DNA from: Myxococcota bacterium | Lineage (GTDB): Bacteria > Myxococcota_A > UBA796 > SXON01 | Direction: 5' to 3' | DNA: 17,246 nucleotides | Assembly (NCBI GenBank): GCA_040386535.1 | Contig: JAZKFH010000040.1 | Coordinates: 1 to 17,246, forward strand | Shown here: piece by piece, positions 1 through 8,969 of the stretch | Numbering within the stretch: the first letter of the stretch is position 1 | Layout: the number at the start of each line of letters is the position of its first letter | The notes under the pieces: model-generated | What the model was told of the DNA's origin: nothing | Database searches by the model: none | Seen by the model: only the letters and a program-made list of their open reading frames with translations | Position numbers and translations under genes: made by a program

Positions 1-2
1 CC

Positions 3-30
3 CGGGGGCGTTGCGGGGGCAGCGCCCCCG
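3..30. repeat. REP-like GC-rich hairpin (possible terminator of an upstream gene)
   Basis: CGGGGGCGTTGC-GGGG-GCAGCGCCCCCG forms a 12-bp stem with one G-U pair; no poly-U tail on + strand. Confidence 0.5.
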
Positions 31-75
31 CCCCAAAGAACACTCCCACCCCCCCACCCCGATAAACCCCACCCC

Positions 76-447
76 ATGATCCGCGACGACTTCCTCCTCC
101 GCCAGCTCCGCCTCCTCACCGCCGCGCTCGCACGGGCCCTTGGTCGCGCCAAAGCCGCGGAGATCGCCGAGGCCGAGTGTGCCGCCTTCGTGGGGCTCGA
201 TCTCGGCGTGGCCGCCGCGCTCTCGCCCGACACCCTGCTTGGGCTGCTCCGCACCGCCGACGGCCTCGACGCCGAGCGCTGCCTCGCCCTGGGGATGGGC
301 CTCGGGTCCCGCGCCGCCCGCCTCGACTTCCCGGCCGCCCTCGTCGCCACCGCGCGCACGCTGATCGCGGCCGCCCTCGCCGCCCGCCCCGCGCTCGACG
401 ACGACGACGTGCAGGAGATGCTCGCGACGCTGGGAGTCCCCGAATGA
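76..447 (+). CDS. Hypothetical helical protein, DUF6483-like
   Basis: N-terminus MIRDDFLLRQLRLLTAALARALG resembles the 'D-Y/F-I/L-x-R-x-I/L' start of DUF6483-type proteins; GC-rich third positions; stop overlaps the next start (ATGA 444-447). Confidence 0.7.
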   Translation: MIRDDFLLRQLRLLTAALARALGRAKAAEIAEAECAAFVGLDLGVAAALSPDTLLGLLRTADGLDAERCLALGMGLGSRAARLDFPAALVATARTLIAAALAARPALDDDDVQEMLATLGVPE

Positions 448-899
448 ACCAGGTCGCCCCCTTCGTCGCCGCCGCCCAGCGCTTCTGCACCTGGGTGGAG
501 AGCCACCCCACCTACGACGGCGACCTGCGCGTCCCCATCGCCCTTCTCGCCGACCTGATCGGCCACGGCGCCCAGCTCCCCAACGTCGACCCGGCAGACG
601 ACGACGACAGCGACGAGGACGTGCCCGCCCCCCCGACGCCACGAAAAACCGTCCTCTTCTCCGACTTCCAATACTACCGCTGCGTCTCCAATCCCTTCGA
701 CGGCATCTACGACGATCCCTCGCTCGAGCTCGGCGACATCACCGACGACATCGGCGACATCTACGCGGACCTCCAACGCGGCCTCGTCCACTGGGAGCAC
801 AACCAACTCCGCGCCATCTGGGAGTGGAAGTTCGGCTTCGACCACCACTGGGGCCGACACGCCGCGAGCGTCCTGAACGCGCTCCTCTCCAAGCTATAG
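444..899 (+). CDS. DUF5063-like protein (151 aa)
   Basis: Start reassigned to ATG 444 in the 177..899 frame; motifs F.AAAQRFC, YY..V.NPF, GDITDDIGDIYADLQRGL, AIWEWKFGF..HWG.HA...L.AL are typical of DUF5063. Confidence 0.8.
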   Translation: MNQVAPFVAAAQRFCTWVESHPTYDGDLRVPIALLADLIGHGAQLPNVDPADDDDSDEDVPAPPTPRKTVLFSDFQYYRCVSNPFDGIYDDPSLELGDITDDIGDIYADLQRGLVHWEHNQLRAIWEWKFGFDHHWGRHAASVLNALLSKL

Positions 900-2492
900 C
901 AACCGCCCCCGCGCCCCCACCCAAACCAACCCCACCAGCACCAACCCCTCGAACAATCCCCCCGTCCACCCATACACGGTCCGGAACGCCGGATCGATCA
1001 TCGGCACGTCGACCACCAGGCCGTCTGGGATCGGCATGGGAGCCCCCGCGGCGTCGGGGTCCGTCACCTTGGTGCGCGCCACCACCCGCCCCGCCGGATC
1101 GATGAACGCGCTCGGTCCCGCGTTCACGGCGCGGACCATCGCGCGGCGGTTCTCGATGCTGCGGAGCACCGCGAGGCCGAGGTGTTGGCCCTGCTCGGTG
1201 CTGCGGCCGAACCAGGTGTCACTGGTGAGGTTCACGAATACGTGCACGTCGGCGTCGGCGACCCGGCGGGCGAACCGGGGCAGGATGTCCTCGTAGCAGA
1301 TGAGCGGGCCGAGCCGCCAGTCGCCCACGCGGAGCACCTTCACCCCGTCCCCCGCGTTGATGTGCGAGGCGCCCTTCACGTTCGCGAGGTACCAGGCGGG
1401 ATCCACGAGCGGGGCGTATTCGCCGAACAGGAGCGGGTAGTTCTTGTCGTAGAGGTCGCCCAACACACCGTCAGGGCCGAGCACGACGGCCGAGTTCCAC
1501 GCGTACGGGCTCACTGCGGGGTCCGCGGTGATGGCGCCGAACACCAGCGGGCTCACGAACCCGCGGCGGATGCGCTGGACGTCGCTCTCGGGCACGTCCA
1601 CGCCACCGACGCGCGGCAGCACCTTGCGGTGCGGATAGGCGTTCTCGCCCCACACGAGCACCTCGGCACCCTGGGCCTCGAGGACCGCGGACTGCGCCTG
1701 GAGGCGAAAGAGGACGGCCGCGCGCGACGTCTTGCGCGACCACTCGCGGATGCCGTGGTTGCCCTGCACGATGCCGAAGCGCACGTGGGGGGAGGCCGCC
1801 GCCAACGTGTCCGCGGCGGCCATGCGCGCGGCGCCGTAGAGAGGGGTCCCCACCAACAATCCGACCAGCGTCGCGAGCGCGACCCGATTCACCCGGTGAG
1901 TCAAGCCGTCCCGCACGAGCAGGTACAGCGCCGCGTTGATGCCGAGCTGCACCGCGCCCACCATCGTGACCCCGCCCAGCTCGGCCACCTGCAACCACAG
2001 CGGATGCCAGCACCAGAGGAGCGCCGAGTAGGTCGGGAACAGGTGGGGGGCGAGCGCCTCGCCGGCGACCCAACACAAGGGGGCCAGGAGCAGGAGCGAG
2101 CGGCCGGTGCGGCGCTGGAGCCAGGCCAGGAGCCAGGAGACGCCGGCCCACTGGAGGCCCTGGAGCAGCGCGAAGAGCAGGTGCACGAGCGTGCGCGGCG
2201 CGAGGGAGAGCCCGGCGAAGCGCTCGAGCAGGTTCGTCATCCAGATGGCGGTGCCGAACATCACGAAGGTGCCGGCCAGCTGGCCGTAGGCGAGGGCGCG
2301 GCGCGGGGTCTGCCCGTCGATCGCCCAGAGCCAGGGCAACCAGCCGACGAAACCGAGCCACCACCAGCCAGTGTCCGGCGCGCCGAGCACCATGCACGCC
2401 GAGGTGAGCAGACAGGCGGCTGCGCGAAGGAGCAGGTCGCTCCTACCGTTCCCGCCGATCGGACGGGTCGGGACGACAGAACTTGCGGTCAT
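894..2492 (-). CDS. lnt: Apolipoprotein N-acyltransferase
   Basis: N-terminal TM helices, VQGN motif and nitrilase-fold catalytic triad: VWGENA (Glu), YDKNYPLLFGEY (Lys), ICYED (Cys); also NLTSDTWFG, QH...LRSIENRR.MVRA.N.GPSAFIDP.G. Confidence 0.95.
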   Translation of the reverse strand: MTASSVVPTRPIGGNGRSDLLLRAAACLLTSACMVLGAPDTGWWWLGFVGWLPWLWAIDGQTPRRALAYGQLAGTFVMFGTAIWMTNLLERFAGLSLAPRTLVHLLFALLQGLQWAGVSWLLAWLQRRTGRSLLLLAPLCWVAGEALAPHLFPTYSALLWCWHPLWLQVAELGGVTMVGAVQLGINAALYLLVRDGLTHRVNRVALATLVGLLVGTPLYGAARMAAADTLAAASPHVRFGIVQGNHGIREWSRKTSRAAVLFRLQAQSAVLEAQGAEVLVWGENAYPHRKVLPRVGGVDVPESDVQRIRRGFVSPLVFGAITADPAVSPYAWNSAVVLGPDGVLGDLYDKNYPLLFGEYAPLVDPAWYLANVKGASHINAGDGVKVLRVGDWRLGPLICYEDILPRFARRVADADVHVFVNLTSDTWFGRSTEQGQHLGLAVLRSIENRRAMVRAVNAGPSAFIDPAGRVVARTKVTDPDAAGAPMPIPDGLVVDVPMIDPAFRTVYGWTGGLFEGLVLVGLVWVGARGRLL

Positions 2493-2520
2493 CGGCGCAC
2501 GCAGCAGGCGGTCATCCCGC

Positions 2521-2527
2521 TATGGTA
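2521..2527. promoter_or_regulatory. Putative overlapping divergent -10 elements (TATGGT on +, TACCAT on -)
   Basis: Each hexamer lies 6 nt upstream of an ATG (2533 on +, 2515 on -); no Shine-Dalgarno on either side. Confidence 0.4.
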
Positions 2528-2532
2528 GACGC

Positions 2533-3738
2533 ATGCGACCGCTCCTCCCCCTGCTCCTCCTCCTCGCCGCCTGCACCTCCTCCGACGGGGCCGACAAGCC
2601 CGACACCGGGGAGGACACCGACACCGAAACGGACACCGACATCGTCGACACGGACACCGCCGTGCCGGTCGACGCCGACGGCGACGGGTTCGCCGTCGAG
2701 GATGACTGCGACGACACGAACTCGCGCATCAACCCCGACGCGTCCGAGCGCTGCAACGACGTGGACGACGACTGCGACGGGCGGGTCGACGAGTCCGCCG
2801 TCAACCAGGAGCTCCTGTTCCCGGACGAGGACAACGACGGCTACGGCGTGGTCGGGCCGAAGTCCCTCGCGTGCCCGGGTGAGCCCGGCCTGTCGACCAA
2901 CACGGACGACTGTGACGACGCGGACGCCGCCACCTACCCGGGCGCCCCGGAAGAGGATTGCGCGGACGCGACCGACCGCAACTGTGACGGCGTCGCGCCC
3001 ACGAACGACGCGGACGGCGACGGCTCGCCGAGCTGCGACGATTGTGACGACACGAACGACAACGTCTACCCCGGCGCGGCGAACGTGTGCGACGACTGTG
3101 ACGACACGACCCTCGCCACGCCCATCTTCAGCTCCGACTTCGCCACCGCGCCCACGGAGCTCTCGCTCAATGGCGACGCGACGGCCGACGGCAGCGCGCT
3201 CCAGCTCACCCTCAACGCGGAGGACTCGGCGGGCTCGGCGTTGTTCACCTCGACCGTGTCGGGCAGCGTCGGCATGGAGATCACGTTCACCGCGCAGATG
3301 TGCTGCGCCGGCGGCGACGACGGCCTCACCCTGGCGTTCTTGAGCGGCGAGGAGCCCGAGACCGGCGTGGGGAGCTTCGGCGGCTCGCTCGGGTTCCTGG
3401 GCTTGCACGGGCACGCCGTGGCGCTCGACACCTGGCTCGACACCAACGAGCGCTCGGACAACGCGATCACCCTGCTCGGCGACGTCGAGATCCTCATGGC
3501 GACCGCCGACATCGGGGACTTCCAGCTCGACGACGGCGAGCCCCACGAGTACGGCGTGGTCTACTCCTGGGAGGAGGGCGTCGCGACCGTGCGTGTGTCG
3601 GCCGAGGGCGAACACCGCCTCACCGCGAGCTGGGACCAGGCGGACACGCCGCTGCGCCTCGGGTTCACGGGCGCCACCTCCGCGTCGTTCCACGAATACC
3701 AGTCGATCGACAACGTGACGATCGGCCAGTGCGACTGA
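2533..3738 (+). CDS. Lipoprotein with MopE-type putative metal-binding repeats and a C-terminal L-type (legume-like) lectin domain
   Basis: Start reassigned to ATG 2533 (MRPLLPLLLLLAAC lipobox); repeats DADGDGF..DCDD....INP.A.E.CN.VDDDCDG; C-terminal LSLNGDA...LQLT..GSA..DGLTLAF..AVALDTW..LGFTGAT lectin pattern. Confidence 0.85.
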   Translation: MRPLLPLLLLLAACTSSDGADKPDTGEDTDTETDTDIVDTDTAVPVDADGDGFAVEDDCDDTNSRINPDASERCNDVDDDCDGRVDESAVNQELLFPDEDNDGYGVVGPKSLACPGEPGLSTNTDDCDDADAATYPGAPEEDCADATDRNCDGVAPTNDADGDGSPSCDDCDDTNDNVYPGAANVCDDCDDTTLATPIFSSDFATAPTELSLNGDATADGSALQLTLNAEDSAGSALFTSTVSGSVGMEITFTAQMCCAGGDDGLTLAFLSGEEPETGVGSFGGSLGFLGLHGHAVALDTWLDTNERSDNAITLLGDVEILMATADIGDFQLDDGEPHEYGVVYSWEEGVATVRVSAEGEHRLTASWDQADTPLRLGFTGATSASFHEYQSIDNVTIGQCD

Positions 3739-3791
3739 GACTTACAGCGGACTTGCTTTCGGTCGAACCCCGGAATTGACGGATCTGGCCG

Positions 3792-3800
3792 TGGTACCGT
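3792..3800 (+). promoter_or_regulatory. Putative extended -10 element (TGG-TACCGT) for a leaderless transcript
   Basis: TGn-TAnnnT lies 7 nt upstream of ATG 3808; no SD sequence. Confidence 0.4.
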
Positions 3801-3807
3801 CGCGCGC

Positions 3808-5538
3808 ATGGAGACCGACCGGCACCTCGACGTCGTCCCCCCGGACGACGGGGAGCTGCGTCTCGGCTCGAGCCAACGCGGAGTCGCCGCCAACGGGGTG
3901 GTGCTCGCGTTGACTCGGGCGGCGCGGTCGTTCCTGCTGTACGACCCCGCGAACGAGGCGATCCGCCACTTCCTCGGCGCGCTGCGGGAGGCCGTCGAGG
4001 GCTACCTGACCACGTGGGGAGACCTCCCGCTCGTCGTGAGCCCCTTCGAGCTCGTGGTGCACGGAGAGGTGGTCTACCTCGACCGGGACCGCGAGCGCTC
4101 GCTCGCCTTCCGCCTGTACCGGGACGGCGTGCGCCGCATCACGCTGGAGTCGGCGCTCACCTGGCAGGAGGTCCTCAAGCTCCTCGAGGTGCTCTCCATC
4201 CGCTACACCGGCGTGCGGCAAGCCGAGGACGACATGGTCGTCCTCTTGTGGAAGGCCGGCTTCACTCACATCCAGCTCGAGGCGGTGGAGGGGTTCGTCC
4301 CGGAGGAGGAGGCCGTCGATCCGGGTGTACTCGCCGCCAATGGCGTCCAGACCGGCACCGGGAGCGGCCGCCATGTCGAGGCCCCGCCCGACTTCGACCT
4401 GCCCGCGCCGGCGCTCCCCGTCGTGGGCCCGGTCGACTACAAGGTGCTCGGCATCGATGAGATCGACGCCATCCTCGCCGAGGACAACACCCAGGCGCTC
4501 CCCGACCTGTGCGTCAAGTTGTGTGCCGAGCTGGTGCGCGCCGCGGCGGATCCCGCCGATCCGCTGCCGCTCGGCGAGGCGGTGCCGCAGCTCCGCGAGA
4601 TCCGCGACTTCCTCCTCTCCGAGGGGCTCCTCGGCGCGGTGCTCGACGTGGTGCGGCTGCTCGCTTCGGCCCGGCTCCCGGCCCCGGCGGACGCCCGCGA
4701 GCGCGACGTCCTGCTCACCTCCTTCGGCGACGAGCGCGCCATCGCGCGGATCCTGCACAGCGTCCCGCGCGACGCGACCACGGCGCCGGCCGAGCTCGTC
4801 GAGCTGCTCGACCTGCTGCCCGGCAACCACCTCGCGATGGTCATCAAGGTGCTGGAGACCGAGCGGGGCGAGGCGAGCCGTCGTGTCGCGCGCTCCCTCA
4901 TCGAGCGCTTCGTACCGCGCCACGGCGCCTGGATCCTCGACCAGCTGGGCACCGTAGAGGCGAGCATCGCGGTCGAGCTCCTCCGCGCGCTCTCCGCGGC
5001 CGACCCCCAGCTCGGCCTCCAGGGCGTGCAGGCGGTGGTGGCGCGCCCCGACATCGAGCTCCAGCTCGAAGCGATCCACGTCCTCGAGTCCGCTCCGGTC
5101 GGCCCGGTGATGACCCGGGTGCTGCTCGGGCTCGTCGCGGTGCCGACGGAGGAGGTGCGCATCCGCGCGCTGGATCTGTGCGGGCGCCGGGCCCTCAGGG
5201 GTGCTTTCGGCCCCATCGCCGAGCGCGTCAAGCGGGAGGCACCGTTGCGCCTCGGCAACCGCGAGGCCGAGGCCGCGGGCGAGGCGCTCGCGCGGTGTGA
5301 CCTGCCGCGGGCCGCGGAGCTGTTCCGCGAGTGGCTCAAACCGCGCGGTTTCTTCGGCGGCGTGCTCCCCGGCCAGACGATGCTCCAGTGGGTCGCGGTG
5401 TCGGGCATGGTGTACGTGGGCGGCGACGAGCCGGAGGTGCTCGTCAAGTACGTGGCCGAGCGCGCCGGCAGCGATCTCGCCCGCCACTGCACGGCCACCC
5501 TCGTGAAGCGGCGGCGCGTGCTCCGGGGGGCCCTTTGA
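3808..5538 (+). CDS. Conserved hypothetical protein with an N-terminal 'LY.P.N' domain and C-terminal HEAT/ARM-like helical repeats
   Basis: 576-aa ORF with high-GC codon bias; Leu/Ala-rich helical repeats (RPDIELQLEAIHVL, PTEEVRIRALDL); stop overlaps next start (TTGA). Confidence 0.8.
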   Translation: METDRHLDVVPPDDGELRLGSSQRGVAANGVVLALTRAARSFLLYDPANEAIRHFLGALREAVEGYLTTWGDLPLVVSPFELVVHGEVVYLDRDRERSLAFRLYRDGVRRITLESALTWQEVLKLLEVLSIRYTGVRQAEDDMVVLLWKAGFTHIQLEAVEGFVPEEEAVDPGVLAANGVQTGTGSGRHVEAPPDFDLPAPALPVVGPVDYKVLGIDEIDAILAEDNTQALPDLCVKLCAELVRAAADPADPLPLGEAVPQLREIRDFLLSEGLLGAVLDVVRLLASARLPAPADARERDVLLTSFGDERAIARILHSVPRDATTAPAELVELLDLLPGNHLAMVIKVLETERGEASRRVARSLIERFVPRHGAWILDQLGTVEASIAVELLRALSAADPQLGLQGVQAVVARPDIELQLEAIHVLESAPVGPVMTRVLLGLVAVPTEEVRIRALDLCGRRALRGAFGPIAERVKREAPLRLGNREAEAAGEALARCDLPRAAELFREWLKPRGFFGGVLPGQTMLQWVAVSGMVYVGGDEPEVLVKYVAERAGSDLARHCTATLVKRRRVLRGAL

Positions 5539-6956
5539 GCGCATCGCCGAGCGACGCGGCCGACTCGGTCACGCGCGACCAGGAGGCGCTCGGCAAGGCC
5601 CTCGAGCAGGCCCGTGGCGGCGAGGACCGCGCGCTCGCCCAGCAGGTGCGCGACGGCGGCGAGCAGACCGTGCGCCTGCTCACCGGGCTCCTTCGCCTGA
5701 TGCGCACGCACAGCCCCGACAACCACGCGTTCGACAACCCCACGCGTGACCTCGCGGCGGTGCTCGCGCGCCTCGTCGATCTGCTCGGTCCCCTGCACCT
5801 GGTGTGTGTCGAGGGCCAGCTGTACCTGAACGACGTGCGCGTGCGGATGGACGAGCGCACCGGCGGCGCCGCCGACCTCGCGGAGGAGCTGCAGCGGCAC
5901 GGGGCCGGCGGCCTGCGCATGGGGGCGCCCCTCGACGAGGGTGCCATCCGCCGCCTCGTCCACACCCTCTCTCACAAACCCGCGGCCGATCGCCCCCTCT
6001 CCGTCCTGCGGGACGCCGTTCGCGACGCCAACCTGCCCACCGTGTCCGTCCAGGGACTGTACCGGCTGCGCCTCACCGGCGAGTCGGCCGCCGAGGCGCC
6101 CGTCACCAAGGGCGAGCGCGAGATCCACGAGACGATGGAGCGCGCCGCCGGGCTCGTCACCGAGGCGTGGGACAACCTCGCCGAGGCGCGTGTCCCCAAC
6201 CCGCTGCCCGTCCGGCGGCTCGTCAACGACATCATCGACACCTCCGGCCACGCGGATCTGTTGCTCGACGCCGAACAGAGCGGCTCCTCCGTGCACGCCG
6301 CCGCTCACGCCAGCCACTCCTTGCGCGTGTGTACGCTCGCCGTGCTCATCGGAAAGGAGCTCGGGCTGGCCCAGGCCTCCCTCGCGGATCTGGGCGTGGC
6401 CGCCATGTTCCACGACACCGGCTACGCCTCGCGCGAAGAGGGCTTCGCGGAGCCGGTGGCGCCCCCCTTCGGCCGCCATGGCAGCGCGGGCGCGCGGCTC
6501 CTGCTCAAGCAGCGCGGGTTCCACCAGGCCAAGGTGAAGCGGCTGCTCGTGGCCTACGAGCACCACCGCGCGCTCGACGCCCGCCCGAGCCTCTACGCCC
6601 GCATCGTGCGCGTGGCCGACGACTTCGACACCCTCACCCGCTACCGCCCCGGCGGCGCCGTGTACGGGCCCGCCCAGGCCCTCGCGCGGATGGACGGGGC
6701 CTCGGGCACCCTCTACGACCCGACCATCCTCCAGGCGTTCGTCAACCGCATCGGGCGCTACCCGCCCGGCACCCTGCTGCGGCTCGCCGATGGGCGCTGG
6801 GTGGTGTCGGTGTCCGGCGTTCGCTCGCCCGACACGTTCGCCCGGCCCTCCTGCCGCGTGGTTCGGGACGCGGAAGGCGGCATGGTGGCCGACGGCGAGC
6901 TCCTCGATCTCGCGGTCGAGGGAGTGGTCGCCGAGGTCATCGATATTCGGAGTTGA
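5535..6956 (+). CDS. HD-domain metal-dependent phosphohydrolase, HD-GYP-related (GYP loop absent)
   Basis: Likely TTG start at 5535; motifs SHSLRV, AAMFHDTG, RHGSAGA, YEHH, ARIVRVADDFDTL, R.R, YDP, GRYPPGT. Confidence 0.85.
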   Translation: MSASPSDAADSVTRDQEALGKALEQARGGEDRALAQQVRDGGEQTVRLLTGLLRLMRTHSPDNHAFDNPTRDLAAVLARLVDLLGPLHLVCVEGQLYLNDVRVRMDERTGGAADLAEELQRHGAGGLRMGAPLDEGAIRRLVHTLSHKPAADRPLSVLRDAVRDANLPTVSVQGLYRLRLTGESAAEAPVTKGEREIHETMERAAGLVTEAWDNLAEARVPNPLPVRRLVNDIIDTSGHADLLLDAEQSGSSVHAAAHASHSLRVCTLAVLIGKELGLAQASLADLGVAAMFHDTGYASREEGFAEPVAPPFGRHGSAGARLLLKQRGFHQAKVKRLLVAYEHHRALDARPSLYARIVRVADDFDTLTRYRPGGAVYGPAQALARMDGASGTLYDPTILQAFVNRIGRYPPGTLLRLADGRWVVSVSGVRSPDTFARPSCRVVRDAEGGMVADGELLDLAVEGVVAEVIDIRS

Positions 6957-6982
6957 GGGATAGAGGACGGAAGGAGAAGCAG

Positions 6983-7798
6983 ATGTCCACGCCGACCGTC
7001 AATCCCATGGCCCTCCCCGGTACGTGGGACCGCGTGGCGGAGGCCTACGAGGCCTACATCACGCCCACCTTCCTCCCCTTCGCCGCCGACGCGCTCCGCC
7101 TCGCGGCACCGCGTCGTGACGCCACCATCCTCGACGTGGCCGCGGGCCCCGGCACCCTCTCGCTCCTCGCGGCGCCCCGGGTCGCGCGGGTGCACGCCCT
7201 CGACTTCGCCCCGGCGATGGTCGCGCGCCTGCAAGCCGCGGCGGCGAGCAGCGGCCTCACGAACGTGAGCGCGGAACAGGGCGACGCGTGTGCCCTCCCC
7301 TACGCCGACGCCGCCTTCGACGCCGCCTTCTGCATGTTCGGCCTGATGTTCGTGCCCGATCGGGCGCGCGCGCTCATCGAGCTGCGCCGGGTCCTCCGCC
7401 CCGGGGGCCGCCTGGTGGTCACCACGTGGCCGCCCATGGCTCGCATGCCCCTGTTCCACGAGGTCATGGGCGTGCTACGCCGCCACGTCCCCGGCCTCCC
7501 CCCGGACGACGGCCGCGCGCCCCTGGGAGAATTGGACGAGCTCTCCGACGCCCTCGCCGCCGCCGGCTTTCGTGACATCACGGTGTCCCACGCCGCGCAC
7601 GTCCTCCCCTACACCGGCGATCCCGTCGGCACCTGGGAGGTGATGACACGGTCGAACGCCCCCGTCGCCATGATGCGCGAAGCGCTGCCTGCCGAGCTCT
7701 GGGCCCGCATCTCGGAGGACGTTGTGGCGATGCTCACGGAGCGGTTCGTGGGCGCGGTAGACTTGCCGTTGGTGGCGAACCTGGGGGTGGGGTCGTAG
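6983..7798 (+). CDS. Class I SAM-dependent methyltransferase (UbiE-like)
   Basis: SD AAGGAG at 6971-6976; motif I ILDVAAGPG, then ALDFA..M, GDA.ALPY.DA.FD, E..RVLRPGG. Confidence 0.92.
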   Translation: MSTPTVNPMALPGTWDRVAEAYEAYITPTFLPFAADALRLAAPRRDATILDVAAGPGTLSLLAAPRVARVHALDFAPAMVARLQAAAASSGLTNVSAEQGDACALPYADAAFDAAFCMFGLMFVPDRARALIELRRVLRPGGRLVVTTWPPMARMPLFHEVMGVLRRHVPGLPPDDGRAPLGELDELSDALAAAGFRDITVSHAAHVLPYTGDPVGTWEVMTRSNAPVAMMREALPAELWARISEDVVAMLTERFVGAVDLPLVANLGVGS

Positions 7799-7829
7799 GC
7801 GAGCAGGTGTCCAGGGTTATGCCGTCACG

Positions 7830-8969
7830 ATGTCTACCCGTTCGATCCTGTGCGTACCCGACGGCACCAACATCCGCGGCGTGTACCACCGCTTCGACTC
7901 CTATCCCTTCGAGCTCGGGAACTACCTCCTCCTCGAGCTGCTGACCCGTGGCGGGGACATGGCGGGGTTGGTGCACGAGCTCGTCGAGGACGCACCGGAC
8001 GGTTGGGAGTGGTTTCCAGACCGCAAGCGCCGGACCGACTCGGACGATCCGCCCTTCTTCGACCGCGCCTCTCTGCGGCGCTGCGGGTGGGTGGAGTACG
8101 TCTACCTCTTCGACGTGCCCGGGCGCCGGATCCTGGCATGGAATGGAAACCCCTGGTTCGACGGTCCCGACGCGCCCGCGCCGGATTGGATTGTCACCAT
8201 CGGCGCCGATGGCCGCGCCGCGCCCCCCGTGTTCGAGCAGCCCCTTCCGCGTTGGCCGAGGCTGGCTGTGGCGCCCGAGTGGGAGGGGGACACGCCCCGA
8301 TCGCCGAGGATGCGCGCGGTGCTCGAAGCGGCCCTCGCGGACACCTGCGAAGAGGCCGGAGTGGACGCGGACACGGTGTGGGAAACGCTCCGGAAGGGCC
8401 TGCTGGCCGCGATCACGGAGGCGGTGTGGGCGCCGGCCGAGGCTGCCGGCAGCGCCATCGAGCACACCCTCCGTGCGCGCCTCGGCCTCCCACGCGAGAC
8501 GCAGCCTCCGCACGAGGGCGCGGAATTGGAGCTGTACGTGCCATTCGACTTCGGCGTGGACGATCGGTACCGCGAGCTGCCGCTCGGCCGATTCGTGCTG
8601 CGGTATCCCACCCCCGACGACCGTTCCCAGCGACGAGAGGCCATCCGCCTGTACCGCGGGGACGGTGCCACCACCTCGCTCCACGACCTGTCGGAACGGG
8701 TGGGAGCCGCGTGGGCCCCCTTCGAATTCGCGGCCGCGGTCGCCTGGTTCGAAGCTGAGGTCGGCACGGACGACGAAGGCCGCATCTTCGTCGCCCACGA
8801 GGTCGTGCTGGACAACCCCGGCCCCTACCAGATCGCGCTCGCCGTGGCGCGGCACCACGATCCGGAGATCAACGTGGGAGAAAAAGTCTTTGCGGCGCTC
8901 GAGTTTCCTTCCCAGTGGCTGCTGCTCGATGGACTGCGGGCGCGCGCCGGGATGGAGCCCGACGTATGA
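7830..8969 (+). CDS. Hypothetical protein with N-terminal MSTRS...YHRFDSYP...G motif
   Basis: 379-aa ORF with plausible composition, filling the gap between neighbours; ATGA overlap with the next gene. Confidence 0.75.
   Translation: MSTRSILCVPDGTNIRGVYHRFDSYPFELGNYLLLELLTRGGDMAGLVHELVEDAPDGWEWFPDRKRRTDSDDPPFFDRASLRRCGWVEYVYLFDVPGRRILAWNGNPWFDGPDAPAPDWIVTIGADGRAAPPVFEQPLPRWPRLAVAPEWEGDTPRSPRMRAVLEAALADTCEEAGVDADTVWETLRKGLLAAITEAVWAPAEAAGSAIEHTLRARLGLPRETQPPHEGAELELYVPFDFGVDDRYRELPLGRFVLRYPTPDDRSQRREAIRLYRGDGATTSLHDLSERVGAAWAPFEFAAAVAWFEAEVGTDDEGRIFVAHEVVLDNPGPYQIALAVARHHDPEINVGEKVFAALEFPSQWLLLDGLRARAGMEPDV

Noticed and set aside
2371..2532. Upstream extensions of ORF-track starts (2371, 177, 5331, 5804, 8915, 11735)
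   Set aside because: Most overlap neighbouring genes, and downstream starts give proper signal peptides, SDs or coupled overlaps
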